This document shows, piece by piece, positions 28,000 through 43,525 of a stretch of 64,000 bases of DNA. Position 1 is the stretch's first letter. Each line of letters begins with the position of its first letter. Both the position numbers and the translations under genes were made by a program. The stretch is from Eledone cirrhosa. Taxonomy: Eukaryota. The notes beneath the pieces are model-generated. The model saw only the letters and a list, made by a program, of their open reading frames with translations. It was not told where the DNA came from and did not search any database. The stretch covers positions 44,826,001 to 44,890,000 of the forward strand of contig OZ024749.1 in the NCBI GenBank assembly GCA_964016885.1, given 5' to 3'.

Positions 28000-28540
28000 C
28001 TATAAGTATAAAGGAACAAAGATTCAGTGCTGCATCATAACCTATTTAATAACATATTACATATGTTTCATATGTGTATATATATATATAAAGGGAGAGA
28101 TGGAAAGAGAGGGAGAGTAAGAGAGAGAGAGGGGCGGAGAGAGAGGGAGGTATATATGTGTGATTGTGTATGTGAAGGTTAATGTATGTGCATATCTGTA
28201 TCGATAGAAGATTCGCATCAGACTAAATTTGTATTTTTATTCGTGATTTCTCATATTTTAATGTTCACCAGTGAAACCTAATTATCCCTATAATGATTTA
28301 CTTCATCATACGTGGACCTAAATGACGTTATAAAATACAGGGTGTTTAAAAAACATTGATACAATTTGTGTTGTTAATAGTCTAGAAACTACAAAGTGCT
28401 GGACAACGAGACTGAACAAGCTTAATGTTGGAAAATATAAGATGTATTCCTCAAATATTGTCAACAATATAACGCTAACCCACAATATATATTTAAGGTG
28501 ACAACTTTGCGAACAGGCAAATGATTTCAACTGTTTAAAA

Positions 28541-28587
<47 letters not shown>

Positions 28588-28627
28588 GGAGGTTAGTTTT
28601 ATTGTAGCACAATAAAGCAATGCAAAT

Positions 28628-28722
28628 ATCGGATAAGTAGCACTCTACAGTTTGTAGGACTGGAGTATAAATAATATAAGATCAAAAGATGGTTAAAAGA
28701 GTTCCAAGTATTTTATTATGCG
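28628..28722 (-). mobile_element. Family B cassette truncated at hammerhead stem III
   Basis: GATAAGTAGCACTC...GGTTAAAAGAGTTCCAAGTATTTTATTATGCG matches 20389-20482 and stops inside TGCGCA. Confidence 0.7.
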
Positions 28723-29960
28723 ACTTTATCCAAGATTACAATATTCTCATCCACATCATTTTCTGTTTCGAATTGCTTCAGTAATATTTCATTAATCAAG
28801 TTTCTTTATAATTAACGAAGATAAACTATGATCAAGATAATCTATTATTAAAATGTGCCATGTTCCAGATAATGTATCATGGGGCACCATATCAAATGCC
28901 GACTTACGCTTTTAAGATTGCAATGTGCGGATTGATGTGAAATGGGAAACTATTTCTAGACATGTCTTGAATATATGAAATGTTCCCTCTGGCAGATGGG
29001 GTTGCATGAACAGAAAAAATATCAGCTTACGTCTTGTTTTGTTTTTTACCACAGGATTCTAATTCACATTTTATACTACATCAGTCTTGGTTTTATTTAT
29101 TATTCTGAGGTCCTTAAAATAGATCTGTGATTTCATATAATCTATTGTTTTTTTTATCCAGCATTGGGTTTTTGCAAATATATAAATCATTATTATTATC
29201 AATAATAAATTCATACAATCAACTATAGTAGGGTACTCGAATTATATGGCATTTCGCCAAGATGAGAAATGAAATCAAACTTATGAGAAATATGAGAAAT
29301 CGAACTGAAACAGCACGTTTAAAAAGTCATTTCGGTCGATAAAAATATAGTAACAATAAACATTTCGAGTAATGATTTCCAGCAATAAAATATTATCACT
29401 TTACGTGCGGAGAGGTGAGTTCAAAATCCCAATGGGATCGACTTTGGTTTTTCTCTCTCCAGGTTCGTTAATTATGTAATGACTTAGTATCTGGTTGGAT
29501 TTAATCGCATATAACCTCGTCCTGCAGGTTTGGAAACCTTTACTTATGCAAATACAAGTGAATATTTCATGATTCTGTATATTTCAGGTAGGCATTGTGA
29601 TTGTGAATGATGGAACGGTGGGATAGCAAAATCATTAGAGCGTTAGATCAAATGTTCTGAGGTGTTCATAGATCCCGGTGTGTTCAAATTTGGCTTTTAT
29701 CCTTCCCTGTTGTGTGATATAAAGTACTAGTCACGTACTTGATTGTTTCCCACACATCAAAATACTGGTCTAGTGCCTTCATTAGAAAACCACTATGTTT
29801 GTAAGTGACCTCATACGATCCCATGAGAATTTGAAACCTGGTTACAGCTTGTTGGGCATGATGCTAACATAAGTAATTGCTTCTATTAACACATTATTTC
29901 TAAGTATATGCTTGGTGTTATAGGAATAACGATTTCGAATCTACGCACCAACAAACAGGG

Positions 29961-30081
<121 letters not shown>

Positions 30082-30211
30082 TTTATCCCGGGTTCAATCG
30101 GGGGTAACCACAGTAAGTAAGGTACCCAATATATATATATATATATATGTACATATATATACATACACACACATACACACACATATATATATGTGTATAT
30201 ATATATATATA

Positions 30212-30319
<108 letters not shown>

Positions 30320-30482
30320 GAGATAGAGATAGGTGTGTGTTTATACACATTGTTTTGACAACTACAAATCTATCTCAATTTTGTTTTTGCATTTATATAT
30401 ACCTATAAGCTAAGCTCACAGAAACCTTTCCTTCTCTCTCTTTTTCTTTCTTGCATACACACAAACAGACTTATAAAGACGC

Positions 30483-30555
<73 letters not shown>

Positions 30556-31139
30556 TATCAATAGATAGATAGATACATAGATACGTAGATACATAGATAG
30601 CTAGATACATAGATAGACAGCCAGTTACATATACATATATATCCATAGGTGTGTTCCTTCAATTAGCCATGCATCTTTGAGCATACCGACATAATATGTA
30701 AATGAGGTTAACTAACCTGTTTAGTCTCTTTTTCTCTTTCATGTTTGTTTTCTCTTTTTGTGTTGTTTTTCTTTAGCAATGTGTCGTGTTTATGTGACAT
30801 CTGTTATGGTCATAAAACGGTCGACTTATCACAGAATCAGAGAATAAAAGAATAAAAGAAGAAACAACGTGAGTTGAACTTTGAATATTTTATGATTCCC
30901 AAGGAAAATATAAATAAAGAAATAGAAGAACCAAATAAGTGTGTGTGCGTGAGGATTGCATCGTAATGGGTATTTTCATTTCTTTGCAAATATTGTTTGT
31001 GATATATATTAGTTCATACGCTTAGAAAGTGTGCAAAACAAAATTATTCATCTCGCATTTCATAATACTGTATCAATGTCATATATTCATAAACTTGACA
31101 GCTGCGCTCGTCAATGCAGGGCTATGATATTACATATGC

Positions 31140-31191
<52 letters not shown>

Positions 31192-31196
<5 letters not shown>

Positions 31197-31399
31197 AACG
31201 AGTAGGACCCCGACGGCTGAGCTCAAGCCGTTTCGACGGCTAATTCTGGACTAAAGACTTTAGTCCAGAATTAGCCGTCGAAACGGCTTGAGCTCAGCCG
31301 TCGGGGTCCTACTCGTTCCTATTACCCACTCTACTACCCTAAGTATTGAGTACTTTGGTGCGTTATGGTCCACTTGGTTCCTTACCACATTTCCTTCGT

Positions 31400-31400
<1 letters not shown>
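31192..31400 (+). mobile_element. PLE-like fold-back cassette, family A1, perfect palindrome
   Basis: 65-bp arms 31192-31256 and 31258-31322 with a 1-nt centre; extension to 31400; (TA)n flanks. Confidence 0.85.
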
Positions 31401-31428
<28 letters not shown>

Positions 31429-31431
<3 letters not shown>

Positions 31432-31643
31432 GGAAAAGAGTTAGAGCCCCGACGGCAGAGCTCCGGCCGTTTCGACAGCTAGATCTGAACTCAGCTAGAT
31501 CCGAAAAGATCTAGCCTTCGAAACGGCCGGAGCTCAGCCGTCGTAGTCCTGACACTTTTCCTATTACCCACTCTACTACCCTAAGTATCGAGTACTCTGG
31601 GGCGTTATGGTCCACCTGGTTCCTTACCGCACTTCCTTCGTTT
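31429..31643 (+). mobile_element. PLE-like fold-back cassette, family A2
   Basis: Imperfect palindrome 31429-31564 with GAAACGGCCGGAGCTCAGCCGTC; same extension as A1. Confidence 0.8.
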
Positions 31644-31658
31644 ATATATGTTCGTTTA

Positions 31659-31763
<105 letters not shown>

Positions 31764-31888
31764 ATATATGTGTGTGTGTGCGTGTGCTTTTGTGTGGGTG
31801 CGAGGTCTGTAGCGTGAATTACGTTGTTTTTATTGTTTCTTCGTCTCTTATTATTTCTCTTTTTATTTGTTTCCCACTCGTTTATTCT

Positions 31889-31925
31889 GTCTTCCGATGA
31901 AGGAGAATCTCCCGAAACGTTAAGA
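31889..31925 (+). ncRNA. Minimal hammerhead variant (CCGAUGA core)
   Basis: GTCTT-CCGATGA-A-GGAG-AAT-CTCC-C-GAAA-CG-TT-AAGAT; palindromic AACGTT; core differs from CUGAUGA at U4. Confidence 0.45.
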
Positions 31926-33092
31926 TTGTTTTCCATACTATTTCGTTATACTCATACATATCATCTTTGCACTGTATTGTTTTGCGGTGTTGATCGTTAT
32001 TTATATAAAATAGTTCAGGACCATGGAGCTTTACGAATGTTCATGACTGGTTTAGAAAATAACCTGTAAAATGCTTTTATGTTAAACATTATACCACTAC
32101 TACTGCAAATAATTATTTTCTGAAATAGACATATGTATGATAAAGGGTTACTGTCAATAATATTGCGTCTGCTATTTGACTTCATTGGCTCAATATTTAA
32201 ACTCTGAATTAGACTAGCATCACTTGTAGAAATCATTTTATCATGATTAAAATGAAAATTATTATAAATACTATAAAGCGATTGGGAGAATTGTTAGATA
32301 AATGGATAAACTGCTACGCAGTATTTATTACGGTATTGTACGGTCCAATCCTGAGAGGGTTAAATTTTCCTTTTCATCCTTTCGGGTTCGATAAAATATA
32401 GTACAAATCAATTGCTTGGATGATTTTATCGATCACCCAGCAAAGAATTTGCTGGCATTGTACCTAATTTAGGAAACATTAATGATATTGATGTTGCTGT
32501 TTTTATCATTAATATAAGTATCATTATTATAATACTATTTACAGGATAACGATTTACGACTGTCAAGGCTATTGATTTTGTGAACGTTCTGGAATAAAGG
32601 CACTTAACATTGAAACGTAAACATTGAAGGAAGGAAAGTATAGAAATCATAGTGGTTTCACTATGACTCTGAGCAATGTTTATTGCCAAAGTCTAGACCG
32701 TATTATGCCTGAGATTAAGAAAATATGATGGTAAATACTGGTAGTTTATATAGTTTACGAAAATGTATAGATTAATGATCAGAAATTGAAGATGTAATCT
32801 GAGTTAGTCGCAGTGAAAAATAATCAATGGAATCCTAGTGAATCCATTTACTGGTTTCAGGTTGGGACTTCGAATGTAATGATTTCTCTTAAATAAATCT
32901 ATCCAATTACTTAGACGAGTATTCATTTTATCGACGTTTATTTAACTAATGTTAGGATATACCCAATAAGGGAGTAATACAACAAGGAAGTTTAATGTTA
33001 TACACACGATATACAAAAACAGACACAAACACACGAATATATACACGATATATATATGTAAAGACGCACACACACACACACACAAACACATA

Positions 33093-33142
<50 letters not shown>

Positions 33143-33298
33143 TTGTATAAAATCCCGACCACGGCATCAAGTTGTTTCGGCTTCTGGTATGTATTAAGTA
33201 CCTTACTTACTGTGGTTACCCCCCCCCCCCCCCACACCCCTGATTGAACCCGGGATAAAATTATATATATATACATATATAAATATACATATATATAC

Positions 33299-33382
<84 letters not shown>

Positions 33383-33793
33383 CACAAGACATGGCTCGAT
33401 AAGATAATAATATTTACAAAGACGGTACTAAATATTGTGATGAAACTTTTTCAGACACCTGAGAAGAAGTAAATCTCTTTAGCACTGAACTAAGTTTTAA
33501 GAAGTTCTTGTAAACTTTTCATTTCTATATTAATTTGGAAATACAGAAATCTCATGATACGCTATTTAATCTCTGTTATATACATCAGTGACCTTGAGCT
33601 TATATAGTAAATCAATAGAATTGCTAATTTACAGATTTTTCCCCGGGTCGCTTGTATAATGTAGGCCCATGAAATACAATTCTTTTGATCGATGTGGCTC
33701 ATCGAAGATTCTATAAATGTCATGAATAATTCTTTGTTCCGTGTCATTTTTTATATTTTTTTGGTTTTGTAATCTATTAAACAATATACCGCA

Positions 33794-33864
<71 letters not shown>

Positions 33865-34008
33865 TCTCTCTCTCTATCTATCTCTCTGTCACTCTCTCTG
33901 TCACTCTCTCTCTCTCTCTCTTTATATATATACATATATATATGACTTTAACACACACACAAGTCTTGATACACGCACAAACACACTCACGTATAATATA
34001 TGTATAGA

Positions 34009-34054
<46 letters not shown>

Positions 34055-34128
34055 CGTACGTATATACACATATACTTTCCCATCACCACACACATATACA
34101 CTCATATATATATGTGTGTGTGTATATA

Positions 34129-34213
<85 letters not shown>

Positions 34214-34450
34214 GTATATGGCGAGGGTGTAAACGGAGAGGTCAGTGTGCATGCATAGTTAACAATAAGTGCGTGAGAGTTTCGAATCTCATCAATATGG
34301 AAGTGAGATTTTACGACTGTATATTCATTTTCTGGCTATTCATGCTCGAATGATTTAATGATACTGAATATATATATATATACATATATACATACATACA
34401 TACAGAAACACAGTCACACCACACACAGATACAAACTCTCGTATATATGC

Positions 34451-34494
<44 letters not shown>

Positions 34495-35650
34495 AATATA
34501 TCCATCTATGTATATATACATGTATACATACATATATCTGTCAATATATCCATCTGTATAACTTCGCTTTTTCTTCTATTATTACATAAAATATATAATA
34601 TTTTATGTAGTGCAGCCTCACTGGAGAAGAAACGTACTTATCATCACAAATCTGTGTGAAATTTATTAAGAGTAACAAAAATATTTTTCGAATATTTCCA
34701 CCATCTTGCATCTTCCTAAAACTTTCATTGTCATGCATAAGTCCAGCAGACACTACTATAAGATTCCTATATTTTCATATCCTTATTTTTCTTCATTTTA
34801 TCGTTCTCCACCCTCAAATATTTTGGCATTTTTTTCTTATCTATTTATTTATGTATTCATTATTTATTCATTTATGTATATATTTATTTATTCTATATTC
34901 TTTGTCCTTACTTCTCATAACTCTCCAGCTCTCATTCCCCTCTTTATTCTTTCTTTCTCCCCCTTTCTGCTCATCCCATCTAGTTTTTCTCCCTCTATCT
35001 CCCCTCTCTTTCAGTCTCTCTCTCTCTTCTTCTTCTTATCTCCCTCTCTTTCACTCTCTTTCTCTTCTTCTCCCTTCTCTCCCTCTATTTTACTGTCTCT
35101 CTCTTCTCCTCCCCATCTCTCTCTATCTCTCGCTGTATTGCTCTATGTCTCACTTCACTCCCCGGGCATAAACACGTTTGCATATATGAGATGAGCATTA
35201 TACCCTCAAATCATTCGTTGTATATATAATTTACTGCAAAATTAACATATGATATGCCGAGGCGCTTTTAACGTTTGAAAGCGATCAAGCTGAAGAGAGG
35301 AGAACAATAAATACGGTCATTTTGATTAATGTCCAACACTGTTTCACTTAAGCTCAGCAATCAATGCGCCATTGATATTGTCGAAATAGCTTCATCACTA
35401 AATTACTTTTAATTATGTGCGCCCAGGAATGTCCTCTTTGTTGGAAACATTCATTCCGAAACTGGCATCAGTGGATGGTAAAACTCCGAAATTATTGCGA
35501 AGCGTTTATTGGTAGCGAACGTACATGTCAATCTGTGTTATTTGCTATGTTCCATGGGGGATATATTTGGCATTGACGTAAAGAGGTTTTCAGATTGCTA
35601 AGCTACTAACTTCGTTTAAATGTATAAGGTATATCATAACTTCTACTAGC

Positions 35651-35739
<89 letters not shown>

Positions 35740-35923
35740 ATGTTCTCTCTCACTCACGTCCTCTCTTTCTCTCTAACCCTCTCAATCTCCATCTCTCTTT
35801 CTGCTGCTTGCAAAGAGGAATTTTAGTATACTGATTTACTTGAAATATACTACATATTACTATATACACATCGGTATGTACACATTTGTGTGTGCATGTA
35901 GCCGCACACACACACATACACAT

Positions 35924-36050
<127 letters not shown>

Positions 36051-36101
36051 TATACATATATATATATATATAAATATATACATGGACACACAGCCACACT
36101 C

Positions 36102-36147
<46 letters not shown>

Positions 36148-36266
36148 ACACACACACATACACATATATATATATATGTACGTATATACATATATGCATA
36201 CATACATGCACATATACATACATACATACATGCACATATACATACATACATACATACATACATACA

Positions 36267-36297
<31 letters not shown>

Positions 36298-36694
36298 TGG
36301 CAGAAAAAGAAAGAGATATATCGAAAGAAATAAAATATAGGCGAGAGTGTACATATTAAGGAGGATGCTTCTGAATAATAAACAAGGCAAATGTTTGATG
36401 TTGCCGCGTTATAATGCTAGAAAAGTATATGGCATCTGTTCAACACAGCCTCACATCATAGTTTTTCATCATAGGTGCATATATACATAGAAATTCAGAG
36501 TGGATGTATATAGCAGAGAGGCGGTTTGTGTATTAAACTTTTTGTTTGCTAGAAAAATATATAGTATCTCTTGCAAATAAACAAACATTAATAACATTAC
36601 CTCTTACATATAATACCACTACATAATGTTTATGTTTGCAGTCATTACTATTATTATTATTATTATTGTTGTTGTTAATAATAATAATAATATG

Positions 36695-36914
36695 AATGGT
36701 TTCTGATTTAGGAACAAGGCCAGCAAATGTTATTTTCTGGGAAGGAAGAAAAAAGTCGATTAAATCGACCACAGTGTCTTACTGATGCTTTATTATATCG
36801 ACCTTGTAAGTATGAAAAGCAAAGCTAACCTCGGCGGGATTTGAACTTAGAACGTAAAGGGCTGTAACTCTATGCTACGAAGCATGATGTCCGACGCTCT
36901 ATCGATACTGCCAA
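36695..36914 (-). mobile_element. tRNA-derived SINE, long form
   Basis: Reverse-complement family match including GTCGATTAAATCGAC. Confidence 0.85.
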
Positions 36915-38739
36915 AATAATAATGATAATGTTATAACTGCTGTAATTGTTTTCTAATTGTCGTATAAGCGTAAGGAATTGTATGGAAGATCATTCCGAAG
37001 AGCGTAGGTTTTATTCGGATTATGTTATGATAAAAGTTTTTTTCTCGCCAATGCGGGTTCTACCTATCATTACTAGAAGTGGAAGAAAAGTTTCACTTTG
37101 GACATTTGAAATGTTTCGTATATATTTATAATATACCCGTTGTCAATATTGTGTATCCCTACCTATAATACGCTATTATTGGCGACGTGTCTTCAGCCAA
37201 CTCAAGGTAAAGAGAGAGTGAAATAAATAAGTGAAAAAACAAAATACCACCCTGCCCTTGAATGTATATCGGAAACGTCAGGAGGAAAGTGATTTACATA
37301 ATGTTTGGTTAGTGTGTCGATAAGCATACGAAAGTGGAGGATAAAAAGCCTTGGTATATTTTCGAATGGATAACATTTCTATCGACTGGTGTAGGATATA
37401 TGGAAGCTTGTACTTGGATTTTAGACTCCAGGTTGAAGAGAGAAGGCAGAGAAAGAGTGTGCGCCACTCGTCCATTTTTCAGTGAATCTCCCAATATATG
37501 GATTGCTTTAATAATTCAGATAACATTGTTGAGTATTGTAAAGCATTGGACTAGTCATCAACTTTGCATAAGCGTTTGGACACGTGGTGAAAGCGGAGAG
37601 AGCACGATGTTTGAGATACTTTGTAGGCATCCAGACTCAATTATCCTAGTCTTCGTGAAGCTTTACCTCGTTGAGGTCATTAAGATTTATTGTTCATAGC
37701 AAAATACAGCATATACAGCAGATGACAGTATCAACATCATCAGCCTCTGACATAGTCAAATTGGAAGCAAGCTTGGCCATATTATCCTCAAGGATAATAT
37801 GGCACAGGGTTTGACGAGGACCCAGCGGCAGAGGTTTTCCCTAATCCAGCATAGCACCAATGAAAGATAGCGTATAGTAATGTCAAGGAGCTGTGTTGTG
37901 GCGCCGAGGGAAGATGGTTAGTGATAAAAAAAAACTGCCAGTTACTGTGAAAAATGAAAGACAAGAAATGAAGTATAATAAATTTTAAATCTGCCAGCAT
38001 GTACCTGGAAGCCAGACATAAAAATGAACAAACATTAAGCTCTCTATATATAATCATTCTTTTAACATTCTCTTTCAATAGCTGATTTTTGTTCGATTTT
38101 GCTTTATACATTTAGAATCAACAAAGTAACTAAAGAATAAAAATATATATCAATCAGAACTTTAATGTATGACAACTTGTCTGTTGTCATACAGTGGTGA
38201 GGTTTTTAAAATCTTCACTCATCGTCTTAATTGTAGTACATATTTCAAATTGTTATATATTTCATCAATCTCTATTTGCCAAACTGCTACCTGAAGGGGC
38301 AGAAGCAAACGTTAAGAATTAGACAGCACCACGTAACCACATGTGCGAAATGTAAGCTGAATTTCAGTAAATAAAGCAACAATATATTAAAATTCAATTA
38401 GTTATAGAGTAGTGTACTTAATACGAATTATCGTGAGGTATTTAGTAAAATACAGATACATTTTTAGAAAGCTCTGATCGCTTGTTTATTTAGTACTGTG
38501 TTCCAAAATATACTGTTCATTTCATCAACAAATAACCTAGCAACGACGCAGGCCTATATATATATATATATATATATATATGTAGATAAATCTACCAAGA
38601 GTTTACGGTAGTGTCCAATCCGTATGAAGAACTCAATGTAATCCGGATATCATGGAAAGAAGAGATGCAATGAAAAATCACTTTCGGTGAAAGATAAACG
38701 GAATACAGAGTCAAGATAAAATATTAAAAAAATAATGAA

Positions 38740-38883
38740 TATTTCTGAAGACGGCATATATATGAGTTGGTATGTATATTTAATTTTGATAGTTTGTATA
38801 ATTTTGTATAATTTTGTACATAGATCTGTTAAATATACATGCCAATTCTAACACATATATATCCCAGAAACGATCGTTAAATA
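38740..38883 (+). ncRNA. Type I hammerhead with ~115-nt stem II (family D)
   Basis: TATTT-CTGAAGA(38745-38751)-long hairpin (AGTTGGTATGTATATTTAA/TTAAATATACATGCCAATT)-GAAA(38867-38870)-CGATCG-TT-AAATA; two mismatches at the stem II base. Confidence 0.65.
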
Positions 38884-38942
38884 ATGAACTTTTTTTGTTT
38901 AATCTAAGGAACTGTTTCATTGTTTTATTCATTATTTTTTTA

Positions 38943-38981
<39 letters not shown>

Positions 38982-39287
38982 GTGAAAGAATGAAGAATAA
39001 CATTGTCGGCTGTACAAAAAGGGTTTTATTTACAGTATTAACAATTGTTTCATTCCTCAGGTGAGTCTAAAGGCTGCTGATCACTCGAAATTGCGTTACT
39101 CGACCTTAAATACAGTGTGCGCTTCTGATCAAATCATCGGAATACTATATATATATAATTTGTCCTGCTATCTAATGTTTGTTATTACTCTGAGCACAGC
39201 TCATGGAGTGGTTGGCTGCATAACTCATGATTGTATTTCGTTAGCTTGGCTACAGCCGAAACTTCGATTTTACTAAACTTCCACACT

Positions 39288-39324
<37 letters not shown>

Positions 39325-39757
39325 GTGTGTGTGTGTGTGTGTGTCTGTGATTGTATATGCATATAAATTAAGAGAGAGAGAGAGAGAGAGAGATAGAGAG
39401 AGAGAGAGCGACTGAAGTAGGTTATGTATTAATATATTAACAAATAATAAATAATGGTAGAGAAAATATAAACAGAGATTGATACTGAGATATATAGTCA
39501 TGAATTAACTACACAATAAAATACACAAAACGAAAGCGTACGCCATATATATATATACATACATACATACATACATGTATGTATGTAAATATATATATAT
39601 GTATACATATATACATATATCTGAATTTCTTCCTTTAATTTTGTCTTACTTACGAAAGACCTTGTAATATATTTCTTTTTGTCCTTTCTCTTACGTGATC
39701 GTCCTTCCATTTTGCTTTTATTATTGTTTCGCTTTGATTTACAAATATTTTGTTGTC

Positions 39758-39803
<46 letters not shown>

Positions 39804-39804
39804 C

Positions 39805-39842
<38 letters not shown>

Positions 39843-39890
39843 CGATAACAAAATATTTGTAAATCATATATATATATGTATATATATATG

Positions 39891-39944
<54 letters not shown>

Positions 39945-40401
39945 CATATATATATATATGCATATATATATGTATATATTTATATATATGGGTGTGTTTT
40001 ATGTTCTTCTTTAAGAAACCAGTATATATCGATATTATTTCAAAACAACCTAAACAAAGCCGAGCACAAAGAACAACAATTTCCGTACACCAATATACGT
40101 ACATTTATTTCGTTTCTTTAATATTATTATTTATTTTTCAGTGAAAGGGGTTTTTCAATAATGACTTCGTTTATTTATGAATTCCGTGTTATTTACTCAT
40201 TTTTCTTCGATGCAGAACTTACTACCATGAGTAACACTAGCTCCACACCCTCACCATAAGCAGTGTAGCTCCCATAGCCAAGACAACTAACAACATAAAC
40301 CTCGTTCCACCCATTATACAAAGCCTACAATAGACTAAAACACTTCCTTCACGTGTTTCTTGACTCGTTTGTGTTTATATATATCCCCCCCCCTCTCACT
40401 T

Positions 40402-40547
<146 letters not shown>

Positions 40548-41086
40548 GTATATATATATATTAGTGCATATTTGTATATAAATTGTTATTTTTTTACAAT
40601 TTGTCGCTACAACACTTCAACCACCACACCATGCCCCTTATTAATTTTCTATTGCATTCATTCATCCACTCCTTCATTGTAATACCCTTAGTATTATTGT
40701 TTTGCTTTTTTTCTTCATTCTTCCTTATATTTCTTCTTCTTCTTCTTCTTCTTCTTCTTCTTCTTCTTCTTCTTCTTCTTCTTCTTCTTCTTCTTCTTCT
40801 TCTTCTTCTTCTTCTTCTCGCTGTTGTTGTTTTCGCCGCCGTTGCCGTTGTTGTTGTTTTGTTGTTGAAGTTGTTGTTTTGGCTTTTGTCATTGTTGTTG
40901 TTGTTGTTTCCAGATTTGGTCCTTTTTTTCATGATATTGGTGTTGTTGAAATGTATGAGTTATTTTTGGAATTGGTTCAGTAGTGAAATTTTGTTAATTA
41001 TATACATTTCATTTTAAACATAAAAGAAATTTAAGAAAAAAAATTGATTTACAAATTCTATGAATATATATATATATATGCATATA

Positions 41087-41228
<142 letters not shown>

Positions 41229-41912
41229 CATAGACAATATGTCTATCTAAATCTTCTCTCTCTCTCGTCTCTGTAAGATATTGGATGTGCATCAGACCTG
41301 GTGAGGGATAATCTCAACCTGGTGTAAATCCCTTTAATATTAACAGCATTTTTTTCTTATTTTTTAGTGTAAATATCGTAATATTTCTTGTTTGCAATAC
41401 ACCATAACACACCTAACCATTCTCTTCATTGTATCACCTGATATTTTTAAAGTCTTACTTTTAATTTCTAATTTTAATTTACATGTGGCTTCACCTGCTC
41501 TACTTCGTCAAGTGTTATTGTTAATAATTGATTTTAATAATTTAATACATTTTAATAATTCAATAATATTAATAATTAATTATATCCGCTCGATTTTCTC
41601 ATATAGTTTTATGTTTTAGTGATTCCTATCGATTTAGTTATATCCTTCCAATATCTCATTCTATATATTATAAATTATTAAACATAAAATTTACTGATAA
41701 TATTCTTAATGTGCCAGTTTCAGTTATTCCATGTAGATTACTTTTAAAATTATAATCTGGATGTTTTATATTGCTATAATTCACTCATTCGTAATGAGAA
41801 GAAGAAGAAGAAGAAGAAGAAGAAGAAGAAGAAGAAGAAGAAGAAGAAGAAGAAGAAGAAGAAGAAGAAGAAGAAGAAATAAGAAGAAGAAGAAGGGGAT
41901 GAGGATGAGGAA

Positions 41913-41962
<50 letters not shown>

Positions 41963-42079
41963 GAAGAAGAAGAAGAAGAAAAAGAAGAAAACGTGGAAAA
42001 ACAAGAAGAGCAATTTGAAGGCGAATGAAGAGTTTTAGAAGAATAGCGTGAAGTTAAGAAACTATTAGTAGTAGTAGTT

Positions 42080-42137
<58 letters not shown>

Positions 42138-43374
42138 AGAAAATGAGGACGAAGACGTTGATAACCAAATAATAAGGATGATAATGGTGGTCATGATAAT
42201 AATAATAATGATAATAAAAATAATACAGACAATAATGACAAGAATGAGTTTTACGAAGAAATTTCCTATAACAATTAACCAGATTGCTACTGTGTTTGAG
42301 ATGGGACAGAGACGAACGAAGTATGTAGAAATGAAGGATATTGAAGACCGAACTTCACTGAATTTTATCATAAGATAACTATATTTTGTGAAGACACTTT
42401 TTAAAAGAAAAAGAAAACATGTATGTATTCTAAGGAAAATATATATTTTTTATGTTTAAAATCAACAAAACTCATATAATTGGGAGTAGAAGAGTCGTGG
42501 GTATAAATGAATTGTATAGTAAAATAAAATTTAATTTAAAAACGAAATAAAGCAGCAACGAAAAAAATATAGCGTTTGAAGGAATATAATATTTGCAAAA
42601 CTGAAGATATAATTAATGGCCTTGTATTGAGTATAAAAATTTAGATGTGGGAGTGGGGTTAATATGAAGTATTCTTTCTTAAGTATCGTTTTTCATTTAT
42701 TTCCAGTTTCAGTTTTGGTCAATAAATAAAAACGGAGAAATTTTAAGATTGTAGAGTAAGATGTAATAATGGCGGATATATGAATATAAAAGAAGTTGAG
42801 GTTTGTTGTTTGTGTGTATGTGTTCACATGAGTTTATAGGGAACGTAGAAATATAGCGAAACAGAAATAAAGTAAATAATATAGAAAAACGGTAAAGCTA
42901 AACAAAGATATAAATATATTACTTTATATGTAAAACATGAAAAAGAAAACAAAGTGAGAGGAAAAAAGAAAGATTGGGGAATATAAACAGATACATAGTG
43001 AGAAGGAGAGGAAGATGTAGAGAGAGACAGAGAAGGACGAATATAGGGCGTGAAGACAGACAAACACTGAAAATATGCGTACAAACATCACCAATTCCTA
43101 CGATAAAGTGTATAATGGATGAAATCAACCAAACTACATAGCTGGTATTCATTTAGTCATATCTAAAACAAATTCTCCCTTAAATTTCAGCTATCGTATT
43201 TGATGTTAGGTATTTAAAGACTCTAAATATTCTGTAAGGAATTCTATTTGTCTATCCAAATACTAATTATGTTGTTGGTGTTGTTGCAAGCTAGTGGTTG
43301 TGGTGGTAGGTAGATAAACAAAGGCCAAACATTTTGCAACAGAGTCTATTGCAATATCTAGTCTTTATTCTTGA

Positions 43375-43525
43375 TGTGAAGGAGGGGCCCTTTGACATCC
43401 TGTTCGTGGTTAATTGTGGTTAAGAACTTTTCCACACGTATATCACTGCTTATTTTCTTCCGTACTCGCTCCAGGGAGTCTATCTTTACTTCTTTCAGCC
43501 TCTCCCAGTAGCTGATCTTATTCAT
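43375..43525 (-). mobile_element. CR1-like LINE ORF2 C-terminal fragment
   Basis: Translates MNKISYWERLKEVKIDSLERVR, then (frameshift) AVIYVWK and VKGPLL, matching the CR1 motif SYWERLxxLxLYSLERRR. Confidence 0.7.

Noticed and set aside
28336-28370. TACAGGGTGT mariner-like terminus
   Set aside because: No matching opposite end or transposase remnant found nearby.
29390-29790. Further SINE-like remnants (also ~32285-32480, 45660-45800, 46110-46190, 47290-47395, 54594-54790)
   Set aside because: Probably old copies of the main SINE, but too diverged to delimit reliably by eye.
37280-37925. GC-richer stretch with faint LINE-like peptides (RRHNTA/SLTLLY, YTADD)
   Set aside because: The motifs lie on different strands and need frameshifts; possibly an old LINE but not supportable.
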